64,000 nt of DNA from Obrimoposthia wandeli (GCA_977020255.1 CDROCS010005195.1:62001-126000); one strand, 5' to 3'. Positions 10,501 through 25,900 are shown, counted from the stretch's first letter. The notes: generated by a model not told the origin, from the sequence alone. A program made the numbers and translations.

Positions 10501-12366
10501 TGGAGGGATTCTGTTCTGTTATAACTTGTTAGTACCGACACTATATACTATTCGAGCTAATCAACGGTAAAAGTAATTATGATAAAGGCTAGTTGTGACC
10601 TAAAGTACATACAATTACAGATAAAGTTAAGTTTGTATGTTTTTTAAAGATAACTATAAACCTAAAATTTAGTTTAAGATATAAATCGATATAAGCCAAA
10701 ATACAACATAAAGACAATTTAAAATTGAAACGATATGACATAACTGTAACCTTTGTGTCGATACTTGGCTAATTCTTTTCAACAAGTGATTATATATCTA
10801 TACATCTTAAAGTGTGTTTGAGTTTATAGATAATTACTCGACTTATCGGTAGTGTCGTATAATTTATGTACTATTTTTACGATTGTGTTAAATCAAATAT
10901 AAAATGTTAAATTAAAATATTTTATAATAATGCTGCCCAGTTAACTGAGATGTATTAACACAACTGCTGTTCTATTCAATATCAAACGTACGTAGCAATA
11001 ATTTAAATAGTTTGTTAAATAATTAAAATATTAACAGTGAGTTACTGTAGTGCCATTGATATGAGAAAGTTGTTGTGTAATACAGAAAATAATTAACTTC
11101 AGATTTAGGAATTTATAATATGCCCTGCAGTTAGTACTATTCTGTTAAAAATTCCCTTGTCCGAGGCTAGCTTAACTAGTGAAACACGTGTGATACCAAC
11201 AATTGTATGCTATATACATTTACCTTTTAACATGACATAATTGGCCATAAATTATAGTTAACATTGTGCAATTTCTTATTAATTACATATTTCATTTAGA
11301 GTTTATTTTTTCCCATACAAAATATTTTATTTAAAATTAACTTACAATCTTCAAAGATAAACATAATAGGTATCTTAATTCATTATGAATAACTCTCTTT
11401 CGCTTATTATGTAAGTCGTTGCTATTTACAATTATTTGATTGGTAAAATGACATTTTTATTGTAGCGAATTGTTCTCACATGTATACTAAAGCATATCTA
11501 TCATAAATATTTCTATTCAATTTTCTTCTTTTATATAATTATTGAGTAGCTAATTATTTTATGAAAATAGTCATTATCTTTCAATTAATGCAATCAGGGA
11601 ATTTGTATGAATACCAGTCGTCATACAAATAAGTGACTCGTACTAGATTTATATACTGCATTTCATATTTGCTGTGAACACAGCCTGACAAACAGATAAC
11701 TGGGATTTTCTGATGCTGAATTCTAAGACTATTGGTAAGTCTCATTGTTGATCTCACGTTTCTATAGAGAATACCGCCTCGATGGGTTTGAGAAAGAGTT
11801 TGTAAGAGGATCGTGGTTCGAAGAGGTCGACTTTCTGTCAAACTAATAAGACGAATGTCCTCAAAATCCTTTTTTAAATTATAATTAAAAATAGTCTCTT
11901 ACCGATTTTCAGTCACTTATTCAACTTGTCTAACAAATGCCATATTCGTGCTTTTATTTGATGCACTACTTGACGCATTTTGTGTTGGCTTGCTTGGATA
12001 GATTTGTATACTTTTAGACTTAATTGAATTATGAGTAGCTTAATTTGGTTAGGTAAAATCAGTTACAATCAGTTTACAAGTATTTGCTAGCTCTGTCAAT
12101 AAATAGGTATATATTTCATTTTCTAACATAATATATCTATTTTCAGAGAGAGTACAAAAATGATCGCATTTCAGTGTCGAATCCAAAGGTAGGTTCCCTT
12201 AGTGCAATTGTTAGGATTAGGTTTTGATTAATTTAAAATAATTAATTGTTTTTATACTAAAATAAAAATCCTTGAAAACAAGGTTATAATTAAGATAAAA
12301 TTAATTATAAAATTAAAATTATAAAAATAAAGTCATCGGGAAAATATTAGGACCACGAAGGTCATG

Positions 12367-13532
12367 TGTAAGCGTGTGCGATATATATATAGATGTTAAA
12401 ATTAAAGTAAAGGGCCCCAAAAAAGATTAGCAAAAGAAGGTAGAAACGAGAAGAAGAAAATACGAAAGAAGAATTGATTAAGAAAAGCACTTAGTGGAAT
12501 CGCTATTCAGAAAGAAGCCACCAAGGTAAGAAACATTAGCACTTAGCTAAATTAATTTTCTTCCTTACAGAATAGCAGCAGAATTAATCCATTAGCCGCA
12601 AGTGGGAGCCAAGTAGCCATCAGTCTGGGAACCGGACAGCCGACAATTACCCAGCCCAAAGTAGGTGCACTTAGTTAAAGTGCTAGTAAATTTACTTAGT
12701 TCCATTAAGGAAAAACGCGCGGGGAAGATTACTCACTCGCCTGATATAAAAGAGAAACATTAAATTGAAAAACGCATAAATCGTCTGGCTCATAAAAAGA
12801 AAGGAGTTTTTAGAAAAATAAGAAATCAAAGAAGAAAGTCGATTTCCGAAGCGAGACAAGAACGTCATCAGCCACTTGAGAGGAATCCTAAAACTAGCAC
12901 CGGAGCCGAGTCTTCTTAGCGGGATTAGGAAACTACGAGACCGGAACAGAATCAGACTAGAACCGAAGCAGAGGACCGATACGCATCCAGACAGTCCGTG
13001 ATACCGGGCGGAACGAGGACCAAGCAGGAACGGACCTTGGTATCAATTTCATCGGCAGGAACGAATATTGGTGAGTACTGTGGATTATCTGAGTTATTAG
13101 GAGGCTGATAGAGTTAATTACGGGAAGGTTGTATCAAGTCTAACGTGTCATATTATATTCAGATCTCGGTATCAATCGCATCGGCAGGAACGGACATTGG
13201 TAAGACAAAACTATTTTTAATTTATATCAATTGTGAACAATAGCACCAGCTCTCTAAACTCAATCCCTATTTTAGAGCAGCCAGCTCTCCAAAACATCTA
13301 CCACCTTAACCTTGCCCACATTTAGAGTAAAGACTCTAGTAACCAACCAAACTTAAACTTAAAATCGATACGTGGATCATCCCCATTTGTGTAGAGACTT
13401 TGTGAAAAGAACTTAGGATTTGCTGTTGTCATTTTTAGAATGTATTTGTAGAACGTAACTAGTGTGTTAAAGAATAAAGATTTCCTACAACTAGACAGCG
13501 TTGTTATAGACCCTTCAATTTTAGAAATAACA
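12367..13532 (+). repeat. Probable solo LTR (Bel/Pao- or Gypsy-like) with internal exon-like repeats
   Basis: TGTAAG...AATAACA termini, AATAAA near 13473, internal duplicated GGTATCAAT..CATCGGCAGGAACG...ATTG followed by GTGAG/GTAAG. No TSD found. Confidence 0.4.
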
Positions 13533-13978
13533 AACCTTCACATACCAATTGAGACAGGCAAGCATAACACAAGTAGGCCAAAAACATATACAAGTCCTGC
13601 TTCTATAGAATTCACGTTGGGGCCCTCCGTCTGAGGATCTATATTAGAAACAGTTTCATATAGAAACCCCAACACAATTTTATAATCGGAGAGAATGAAA
13701 AAGATACCGCACTCTCACACTATATATTCCAAATATCACATGTATAGAAAATTGGATCACATCAAGCACTAGTGACTGATAAAATAGTCGACAGTTAACA
13801 GCAATAACAGTGATAAAAATATTGTTACAATTGATCAAAACAAAATTCTCTAAAATGCCTGCTAAACTAAATCACAAAATTGCTATGAAATAAATAGACG
13901 CCAACTCGAAATGATGGATTGATTGTTTGAAAAGAGTGAGTAAATATTTCACTTAGACTACCAGAATCTTTGAGTACA

Positions 13979-16900
13979 TCAGTTGCCGAGCTCTTTCATT
14001 TTTTCGCGAGCTTCTGTCACGTATTTCTTGATTTCATCAACCGTCTGTGAAAATAAGGGACATGACAACTGAGAATAGGAAGAAAAAGACACAATCGGTT
14101 AGTGAAAAGACATTGTCTGGGTTGTATAAGAGGATAATGTTTTGTTATTTATTAATAAAACAAGTGCGTCGAAACTTTAATGCAAATTGAAAATGTAATT
14201 TTATCATTTAATAGGCTACTAACAGATATCAGTAATACACTTAAAACTAAAATAAAACTAATAATTTCACTTTACTGTAAATATACTTACCGATTTACCG
14301 TCAACGTCATCGCTAGATGCAGAAGGGTTGGTATAAGATGCGGCCAGACACAGAAGACCTTCTAGCGCAGCGAGTACAAGTTTTCCGGCCATAACAACTT
14401 CTGCTCGTCTGGTGGGGTCCACAGCGGTAGTGCATTCGAGCAACGGCGCCCACAAATGACTCAGCTGTTCTGCGGTATCACGAGGACATTCCCTGCACCG
14501 TTGCACCGACTTGATCTCCATATCTTTGCGCCTGGCGCACAAAGGAACTGATTAACAAGGTTTCGATAACTTAACACAGTTACTGCTGATTACTTCAAGT
14601 GTAAATTAACCTACAAACGATGTGTGACCCTGGCGTAGCCAGGGACAGAACAAACAACCGCTCTCTCAGACCAGCCGCCATAATTAGTGAATTGGTCACC
14701 GATATTCGATTTGAGAAAGCGGGGAACTCACCACACACGCCAGCGGCTCGAGAAACCGACCATGCCCAACTGCCAACTGTGTCGACTACAAACAAATACA
14801 CATGTTCTCGGCACGTCATCAAATAGATCGCTGTCTTTCATGTATCCGTGACCCTTGTCAGTGGGACTGTTGAGAAAACACAGCCAGGTATGAGCGACAC
14901 CGTGTGAGTGTGTGCTGTTTATGTATTTGCCGCTTCACACATTTGCGTTGCTTGCGTGTGCCATTCTCTGCAGTCTACAGCCATTCAGAACATAAATTGT
15001 GCTTTTGTTGTATTAATTATCATTATTAACTCTGCCTATTGACTGGGGGATTGTTAAGTATTTACATATTATACATATATAGTATTATTCATAGTATTAT
15101 AGTATTATACATATATACATTCTGCAGTTCGTACTCTTGTAACAGGAAACCAAAAATTGGATCCGAAAACTTGCACTTGAATACATTTACAAAATTACAA
15201 TAACTAATGACGGGTTGGGAAATTTTGTTGTCCACCCTGAATTCTACCCTTTGTCGATTATTTTGCAAAATCAATTTTATCATCTTAAATTTAATGTATT
15301 TCCCTATTTCCCGATTCCCAAGACAATTTACCGCTTAGCAAAGTTATAAGGTGCAAGGTATAAATTAACATAGTAAACCAGTCGTAATTAATTCAGAAAA
15401 TAAATTAAATTGTTTTACAAATAAAAGTAAACTAAAAATTGGAAAAAACAGGTATGGAAAAGAGAACAAAAATAAGCTTCGTTGTATATGAAAACGTCTT
15501 AGTACGATCAGAATCTAATAAACAAAAGAAGAGTGGATTCAATCACGAAGGAATAATCTGATTTATTTCTCTTCATCAAATGGAAATGAAATTTCCTGAT
15601 ACTACAAAGCTCCCAAGAATTGACTAGTACAAGAATATTCCAAATTCTTAAGAAAGACGAAAATTATGAGTTGGAAATTATAATTTGTTGAAATAATAAG
15701 TGTTAAGAATATTGACAAAATTTACAAATTGAATGTATTAGGGACTGATAAGAAATTCGTAACTAACACAAACAATGTATAAAAGGGTTTACAATGTTTA
15801 AGTAATTTTTTACAACAATTTAGCAACAACGAAAACTCACATATCTTTGTCCTTGTCCAGTTCCGGAGTTTGAAGGGATGATATTTTCTAAACAATGAAT
15901 AAGGGTCAAATATAGGAATCGCCTACCGAATATTCGAAGGCCAACAGAGCATGACGATCGATGTGGGACATAAGCTTCTTATGAGTTTGGTAAATCTGAG
16001 GAATGACCTTGCGCAACTTTTGGTTTTGACCTATATCTGCATCTCCGCATCGACCGTAGCTTAGCAACCCGTTCATTGTTGCCAACGAAGTACCCTGAGA
16101 GAAAAGTCAATCTTATGGTACTTTCTATAATTACTTGAGCACAATAATCATACCATCATTCATAGGGCTCATTCCATAAATTTACGTCTTCAATTTAGAA
16201 TACAACACCGATAGTACACCATATCAATTAACTTTCGAACCCAATAATTACTTTCAAAATAACCACTACCACTCTATATTAATAGTCAATAGCTATAGTA
16301 AAATACTCTTGGAGGGGTTAAGGTCGGAATATATTTGTAATAAATATCAATTTAAATACCATTGGTAAATGTTTATAACTATAATATGTGACCGTTTAAA
16401 AACCCAAACAGATGTATTTGAGAATAGCTTCGATTAAACTTCAAACAGAAATCATGAAGTAATGGGAATTTTGAACAAATTTCATACAAACTGGTCTTGT
16501 CCCTCATATCGCATTACGAATACTCAAAGTTGTCAAATGAATTCAAACATACAATGTAAAATAATCTTAGAAACTTCTGTGAATCATTTTGTATAATAGG
16601 ATCAGGTTTATTTTATTTAATTAAAATGATTTCAGAAAGTTATATTTTTTAATCAAATTTTAGAGACTGTTTTAGGATAAGAAATTAATTTTTCTTCATT
16701 TTTATATTTATTCTATTATGGCCTGACGATAATTGAGGGTCAAACGTAAAATAGTTGCAAATATATATTTTTTTAAAATGGCGTTATAGTAAGTTATAAT
16801 AAACAGTGAACATAAATGTTTATATTCAAGTCACCAGTTAGAGATAATTGACAGAAGATTAGTACCATGAGGGCAACAAGAGTGGCCACGGAGCCGAGTC

Positions 16901-19900
16901 CAGGGGTGGAGTTGCGGGCCGCAACAGCCTGGACGAAGTCCGCGATGCTGAGATTGAGCAGTGCATTCTCCAGACTGACTCCAGCACTGCAGCCGCCCCC
17001 CACGCCGCCGACTGAACTCTCTTCTGTGGCTTCCACCACGTACTCGATCACTTTCTCCTTTGGGTTGAAGGCACTGATCGTGTTCAGACCCAGCTTCCCG
17101 ATCACCTGCACATCAGCATGATATAGTATGCATTAGGAGGAAGACACTGAACACATCATCCTCAGGTGCATGAAAATGCAAACTAAGAGGTTCGAGCACA
17201 ATATGTGGTCCCTGAACGACCTTTGTCCGAAATCTGAGCTGGTACTCTCCATCTGGAACAACTACAACATTAGTGTTTGTTTTTAGAAATAATTTAAACA
17301 TAAGTTTGGTTCATCCCACACCACCAGTTCTGTTTACAAGAAAATGGCCCACTGGGCATTTATATAATATTGGGCGACTTCAATGAACCATTTAAAGTTT
17401 GAGAAGACGTTGAGGACGTTATATCCCAAGTACTTCTAATCATCTACTTTACCAGATACAACACCTCTTCAAATGCCAGCTATCTTGGGGGAAACGTCAG
17501 AGAAAAACGGCTGCAATATGGTTCGATGTTTCGCCCTTTAACGCATGTCTGATGATCGATTTGCACATCAAAAGTTAGTATAAAAAAATTACATTGTTAT
17601 TTTAATATAAAAATATAGTGTTTTTTTATGAAAACTTATCATAATTTACTATTTGTTTAATTTTTTAAAATAAAAATTAATTTAAATAAATATACACCGA
17701 AACCTCGATTTGCGTCGTTTCTATTTGCGTCGCTTTCGAAGTTGCGTCGTTCATAAATTTTGGTGTTTTCAAAGTTGCGTCGTTAAAATGTCTATTTCTA
17801 TTTCTAAGTTGATATGTATTTTAAACCGTTAATATTTTTATTTGTTTGAGTTTAGAGGTGATTTCCCTTTTATAAAGAAATATCATGTAGAAATATATGG
17901 GAAAATGATTTCGAATTGCGTCGTCTTTCTCTGGTCCCAATAAACGATGCAATTCGAGGTTCTGGTGTAGTAATTTACGCATAAACAAGAGATTTCTTTA
18001 TTTAACATAGCATAATATTAAACAAGAATAGATTTGAGGAAAATAGAACTAAATACAAATTAAAACTGATAAATCAAAAAGTCAAATACGAACGTCTGAC
18101 TCGAGAAATGAATGTTAAAAATTATGAAATTCCGCAGAACTGCAGAGTTGTAAATAAAGACAATGACAATAGTTGCCGTCAGTTAGATGCATATTTTCAC
18201 AGAAGTCAGCGCAAATACATGTTTACCTTTTCTTATTCAAAATTTTAGAAGACCAAATTATTTTTAAATACTCAAATAAAAAACAAAAAATGCACAAAAA
18301 AAGTTCCGAAAAATAAGTTGACTTTTATTGATATCGTTCACTTTTTCCACTTAAATATGCCATCTAAACTTGCATATGAATAATTATCTAAGTTTATTTG
18401 GTTAGTGCTTTTTGCATAGATTCAGTTACTATAAATAATTTAGAATATAAGGTTATTTAAGGTAATTGACGCTACAATTGTAATGACGTTTATTAATTTA
18501 GTTCGATTTATACTACCTTTTACTGATAATAGCTTGAAATTGAATTAACAATAACTAAATAAAAATTACGAGTCGGATTTTCTGGTCCTCGTCGAGGATA
18601 AGAAGGTTACTGGACTCCATTATCACATCCGCGGTATCCATGAGCAAGTTCAAGGGCACAGCTCCTACCAGCTGAGAGCCAATCACGTTAGCATTCACTT
18701 CCTGGGTTTGAAAGGGGATGATTCCGCTTATTTACAACACATTTTACTAAAAAAAATTTAAATTATTATGTGAAATAAACAACTTAATTTGTAACTTTAT
18801 CTCGCTGGTTAGTATCTGGCGGATTAAGTTGAATGTCCAGGTCTTATCATTTGTTCCTCGTATTACATCATTTATCCAGAATGACCCCGCCGGTAAAAAA
18901 AAACTAATTGTCCAAGATAATTTTCAAAAGTGCATTAAATAAAAATCATCACTCGACCGTAATAAAATAAAACTGAATAGCTAAGTAAATTGAAAATTAG
19001 CCTCGATTGGGTGTAGATTCAAATTCACCATGATGATTAGTTTTCCGTTATAATTCCAAGGACTTAGGGGTTCCTCTAGGCTCCTGATTCCACTGCTGCT
19101 AGTTTATCCTCAACACAAAACACCAATACAATAGCTGTTCTTTGTAGTTAGTGACCTAAGGGAAGTCCCAGTGGTGTATGCCTTGAGCCTCACAACAACC
19201 TTAAAAACCTTTTTCAAATTCTCAACAAATCCAGTACGGCACTCATCTGTCAAATCAATCTTTTTCTCAATGAAATTAATTTAAATTAACAATAAATATT
19301 TTGTTTTTGTGTGTTCGGTTATTTATAAGTGTTGGCATTTGTTTTTTATTTATTAAAGTGGAGTTGTTGATTTCATGTATTATATTGTACGGTCCTGCAT
19401 ATTTTGGTTCCAGTTGACGGGTGTTTCTAAGTTTGATGAATATCTGTTTGTTTTTGAGTATGGGGTTGAGGGTTGGTGTATTGTTGTGTTTTGTTTGTGT
19501 AGTGGTTATTCATGGAATGTGGTTTCTGAATGTTCGTTGTAATGGACTTTTGTTGTCTTTATTGTGAGGTGTGTTGCGTATTCCCATCGTGACTAGGTGA
19601 ATTGTATTCGGCCAGTTGTGTGGTTGTTGTAAGCATGCTAAACTCTCTTTGATGCGTCGGCGTAGTCATTCGATTTTACCGTTAAATTGTGGGTTGTACA
19701 TGGTTGTTTTAATGTGTGTGATGTTGTGGGTTTACAGTATTCGTCGAACGCTTATGAATTATCGTCCTTGATTTGTTATGATTTTAGAAATAAATCTTAA
19801 TAGAGTAAACCAGTGTTTGTGAATTTTGTTTATTGTGGTTTGTGTGGATATGTTTTGGATGGGTATGGGTATATACCAGTTTGTGTTATTGTCTATAATG

Positions 19901-22900
19901 ATGAGCAAGTGCGAATATGTTGTATGTAGTGGTAATGGTAATCCTACGGGTATGTTTGGATGGTGTGGTAAGGCGTGTCGCAGGTTTCATGTAAGATTTT
20001 TGTGGTGTGTGTTTTTGTATTTTTGTATAAATTGCAAGGTGAAAATAATTTGACGATGTTTTGTGTGTATTTTCTCATGTTGGGCTATAGATAATGGTGT
20101 TTTATGAGTTCGTATGTGCCTTTAATTCCAGGGTGTTGGATGTTGTGAAAGTGTGCGATGCTTCTCTGGTTTATTTCTCGTGGTAGTATGATTCTTGTGA
20201 GGCCTGTGTTTGTAGTATCATGCCATATGCTCTTGTACAGAGGAAAATTATACGTATTGTGTGTGAATTTATGTAAGTCTTTTTTGACAATGAGTTCGTT
20301 TGGTTGGAAAAAATTGTCTATAGTATTGATAGTGTTTGTTTGGTCTAAATCGGATGGCCTGGATAATGTGTCGGCGATAATGTCTGTGGAGCCTGGAATA
20401 TACCTGATGTCTGTGTAGAATCTTTCATGTGTAATGCGTGTATGAATGGTTTATGATCTGTGTAGATGATGGAAGTTTTGTAGATTAGTTGGTGTTCGAA
20501 GTGTTGATGGCTTGATATATGCCTAGTAGTTCGCGGTCGGATGTTGAATTCTTACTTTAATGAGTCTTACGTTTTTTGCAGGAAAAAGCTAATTGTAATG
20601 TTATTATGTTGTTGTTCTGATTTAATACGGCTCCGGTTGCTAAGTTGGATGCGTCGGTAGTTAAAGTTATCTGCGCATTGTGTGTTGGACTTGTTAAAGT
20701 GGTGGCAGTTTTGAATGATTCTTTTGCGTTGTTGTTCATTTAGTCTAATTTTCACCTTTTGGTTTTTGTTTTTTATTATCTCGTTTAATGGTGCTAATAT
20801 CCGTGCTGCATTTTTATGTGTAGGTGGTAAAAATTGACCATACCAAGGTATCCGCATAATTGTTTCACTGCTTGTGGTGGGTGTAATTCTGAGATGGTTT
20901 TGAGTTTGTTCACATTCGGGTTGATGCCATCTACGCACAACACACAACCTAAGAAGTTTATTTTCTCCTTGTTGCCTGCACATTTTTCTGTGTTTAGTGT
21001 TAGTTTGTATTTTTCTATGATTTTGTTTACATATTTTATGTCTAAGTTGTGTTGCTTTTGGTTTGGGCTAGCTATTAGTATGTCGTTGATATTTGTTATA
21101 ACGTTCTCTACGTCTGAAAATGTTGTCCATGAAGCATTTGAAAGTGGATATCGTGGTAAGCGGATTTTAGATCTAACTTTGAAAAAATGGTTTCTCCTGC
21201 TGTTCGGCGTGTTATGTCGTAGATGAGTGGTAGTGGATATGCGTCTGGAACTGTTAAAGGTTTCAGTGCTCTGTAATCTTCGCAACGTCTCCATTCTCCA
21301 GAAGTTATCCTTTTCAACATCAAAGCAGAAGCCCAAGGTGATTTTGATGGTCTTATTGTTTTTCTTTTAGGAGGTTGTCCAAGATTGTTTTTGCAGCCGT
21401 AAATTTGTCCGGTGGTAGTGGTCTAACGTTTGCGTGACATGGATATCCTCATGCTATTATTTTGTGTGTCGTTGGTTTAGTTTCTGATTGTGTTGTGGTT
21501 GTTTCCAGCGTGGTTGAGTTATGGATTTGTAAGTTGTGAATGAGTATGTCTTTGTAAGTGTTTGGGTTTGTTGAAATAATTGTGGGATTAATTATGTGAT
21601 AACGTGGTTTATTTTGTGTTGATTTGGAAAAGTTGTGTAATGTGTGTCGTGGTATTATTATTTTATTAAGGCAGTCTATTAATAAGTGGAAGTGTCCTTG
21701 TATATGATGAGATTCAACTTTGTTTCACCATAAGTATTAATTTTTGCGTTGTTTGCAGCTATGAGGAAAATGTTTTTTGTCATGTATATGTGTTTAGTGC
21801 CTGTTGATTTGAGTATTCAGGAAATGGCAGCTTCAGAATCAATACGGAAGCTATATGGTGTGTTTGCAGGGTGCTCCTTGAAAATAGCGTTTAATCCATT
21901 GAACTGTGTGGCTGAAATACCTGGTCTTATGCGTTTTTGAATATGAACATGGACTTTCGCATTTGTATACTCGAAACCGTATGTTTTGTGGTAGTAACAG
22001 AGCGGGTCATTTGTTCTACTGATTATTGTAACAGGATGTCATAGATTGTGGACGATAGGGTAGTGATTGTTTCTCACACCAATTTGTAGGAATGGGTGAG
22101 CGATCGTAGGATGTCAAATTACCAAGGCAACACATTGATTTAATGATTAGTCATTCCATTAAATTCACAATTACAAATTTTCGTAGTGAGGCTACTAATT
22201 GAATTAACACATTTAACAATTAATTAAATTATCATCGATTTATGATAATTTAATGTAATAAACAATAACCATCTAAACACATAATTACACACAATACAAA
22301 AGAGAAAGAGATGATTTAAAGAGGATTAGGAACCCAACAAAATACAATTTAAAACTTAGTTTATACATTTTAATACGTAAAAAGTGATCCAAACTCTAAA
22401 CTTTCTATTAATCACATATTGCCGCCTTAAGCAGACTGATTAGCTAAAAGTAATTTATCATGGATAATTTTGCAGTGAATTCCCAGTATTACTAATTAAA
22501 AGTAGAAAGAAAACAAAAGTTGTTTTTAAATGAAGGAAGATATAAAACCATATGTCCCCATCTCGATAATGAATTAGTTTTCATAAATTAAATAAATTCT
22601 CAGGGAACAGTACAAATCAAACTCGGCGTCTTCCATCCAGAATGTGAAGAAACTTAAATAAATTTTCACTACTGTCAAAATAAATTTCAGTTTAAAGTGT
22701 CCTAATTTTTTAGAAAAGCGGCAGCTTAGTGAAAGACCAATATTTTGCCAAGGTGTATCGGGTTACACGTCACCAGCAGAGGGGGACTGATGGAAAGGAC
22801 AATGCAAACAGTTTATTAACTGTAAGCAATAGATTAAATATACTTATCTAACAACTCCTATAGTCATCCTCACGATTTCATGTTGAGGCTGGGAACATGG

Positions 22901-25900
22901 TGTTTTCACATCGAACAAACCTCTATGATCATCCTCAGCCATTCCCATCTTCATCTCCAGCACTCTTCTCATCCAAGCTCCGTTGACAATGTTGACATAC
23001 TCAGACCTAATCCCGTTGCCAAGCAGCTCCCTTAGGCCAGTTTTACGATTGTTCCCTCTGCCGTCTGCAGCCTACAATCACCCAAAAACTGTCTATCTCA
23101 CTCTCTTACTGTCTGAATCCGTACAAGCTTCACAATTCTTGTACTGTCTCCACATCGATTTGGCTGTGCTCTGGTGACACAAAACTCTCTTCTCCACACA
23201 CCCATTACACTCCACAAACACACTCCATTGTCCCTCGCTCTCTGTTTCTGTCCCGATGTTGCCTTGGCGGCTATTGTCCCGCAATTGCCGTGACAACAGT
23301 CGCAAGGCAAGTAGAAGCTGATGCTGCAACTGAGAGCAGAGTAAACACAAACAATACTGCTTTAACACAACTCCCATCGACTGACAACATCGAAGAAGAA
23401 GTGATGTGATATTGATAATGAGTGGCAAAAAGAAAATTAGCAGCAGCCATAAGTCGTGTTGTTATCCAGACCCTCATCTTTCAGTTGCCATTTAGATACC
23501 AGTCTGTGTCGTCTTCCATTAGCAGACAATGAGTACACTACGGTGATTCATTGGGGCCTGCTGTGAGAGTGCTGAGGTCACTGTTAGACGATGTTTGACA
23601 CTTTATCACTGATTGACAGACCGGCTCCTAGTGCTCAAATGCGTTGCTATTTACAGATCCAGCTAGAAGGAGCTCACAAATTACGATGACAATGATCATT
23701 ATAGACAGCTTAGACCGATTAGAAAATGACTCAATCGCTTGAGCACCAGGCATAAAACAAAACTATGATCATTAAAATTAATTGAATTGATTTATTATCT
23801 ACTCTACATGATTCAATTACACTGGGTTCCAATTAATGGTGTCACGTCAAAATGCGAGTAAACAGATATTGGAAGATGATATTATAACTTCATTTGAAAA
23901 TCACCCAAAAATTAATTAATTTACAGATACATAAATTTGTCATATGAAAAGAAAAAAACATTTTCCCCCATATGGCCTTGGACTCGAAAGTTTATCAAAA
24001 GTTTGCAATTTTATACAATGCTTAAGAAAACTTAATAAATTAAAAATTAAATTTACTAAATTACTTTAAAATTAAAAAAAAAACTTTTTTCTTCAATTTT
24101 CAACAAAATAATTTAAGATTTTTTCGTTCTTTTTTGTTTTTGACTTGTAACCCAGATTAATACATACACGAAATATAGGATACTTTTAATGATTCAGAAA
24201 TGCTTATCGAAAAGTTTCAACTCATCTCAACTATTTATTTCTTTATTTGAATAAGAATTTAATGTATCATTCATATGGATGTAGCGGAATGGTTCATTTC
24301 ATCTGCCAGATACATTGTTTGAGAAGGTATAATATTCGTCTTTGAACACTTTTACTTAAGAAAAAATCATAAACGTCAGATTATGGGGGAAGTTGTGAGC
24401 ATTGGCCACAAACTGAGTCGGCAAGCACCGCCACCCAGTCACAAATATGCACACAGACAGAGCTTCATCAGCCAACAAAAACCAGTCATCGGGTGCTCGT
24501 CACGGTTAATGGGTCGTCAGGCATCCCGCCGCTGTTGTAACATCACAAACGCTGGCAAGCCGCAAGACACCTGGTTGGGCTCAGGATCTTGGCTTGACAA
24601 TATTACACTAATTGCCTGAAATGGCTTAAAACTACATTTTAATTAATTGTGCATCTTTAAGTGGACTAATCATGTGCCCGGATGAGCTACACTGCATCTA
24701 TCCAAATATTGTCCAATTATTGAAGCGGTCATATATTTGCCCCAACTGTAAACCCAGCTATTTAGTTGTGACGATTTAACTTGAAAAATTGCTTTTACCA
24801 CAAATATTAATAAAATTTAATTATATTTTCAACACATGTTTATTAACTTCATCCAATATGTATTTTCACCCACGATTTGATTATATAGGGGTGAATAGCA
24901 TCTGTAATAGCATCCTGATTTGGAACTTAACTTTCGTAAGAAATTAAATTCCCATGATAGATTTTAAAAAAATCTATTTAAATCTCGCTATTAATTTTGA
25001 GGAAAATTTTGTATTTCTTTTACAGTAAAATTCAGAATTAAGTTATAAAACTTTATTCTATTCAATGTGTAAAATATCGGGAAAATATTAAATACCTTTT
25101 TGACTACTTAAAATGTTGCTTTGTGAAAAATATTATTCTCTACTAGAAATAATTGATAACGTAGTACAACATGAACATTTTTCATCTAATGAAAATAATT
25201 ATTAATGATAGTTTTGCATCCTAATAACGACAACAAAGACTATGTATGACTTTATGTCATTGGTAAAATTTATATATTGAAGAAAGATACTGAAGAGATT
25301 ATGAAATGCATATGTTTAGAGAACCTTTACTAATAGGCCAGAGTCAGTTAAATGGCTTAGTCAGATATTTGAATCATGCTTGTAGCAGTGGACTCTAGGG
25401 GAAACTAATAAGTAATTGTTATAACTAAATCTACTGTTTCATATATGTTAAATCATTATTTGGTGTATGAAAATATGTCTTCTGACCTCTTCGATATCTG
25501 AAAATCCGGACGAGATGAAATTGTTTTAATAACATTTTTGCAATAAGCAAACACATTTGGACTAGAAATTTCGTTAAAGGGGGAAATAAAATTTATAAAT
25601 AGTATAAAATACATTTCAAAATTGTTAGAATCTCCCATTTTAGTAAACGCACTTTTTATTCTGCGTGGGATAATATATAATATTTATATCTTCTTAAATT
25701 CTACATAATTTTCTTTCAAAAGGAAGCTTCGATTGTCAAATGTTTTTAGTTCAAAATATGCAAGCCGAGATCTGCTAAATACGCAGTTGTAAATGATACC
25801 TGAGAGTTAGCATGATTTTGGTGAAGAGTTCATATTTTCAAACTTGTTAAACTATTGGAAGGTAGATAAGGTTAACACAAACGAATTTGACTAGACATCA

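Noticed and set aside
12835-12875. Minus-strand CTGATGA...CGGAAA hammerhead-like core
   Set aside because: Stem II has only 2 bp and no stem I can form.
14595-14826. GC-richer ORFs in FTCD intron 10 as an extra exon
   Set aside because: Exons 10 and 11 join in phase without it and no homology was recognisable.
17113-17301. Minus ORF directly upstream of FTCD exon 8 as an exon
   Set aside because: The true upstream exon (18701-18570) matches FTCD and splices in phase, so this ORF is intronic.
22983-24620. Cys-rich short ORFs as possible genes
   Set aside because: No consistent motif or splice structure; probably unidentifiable TE debris.
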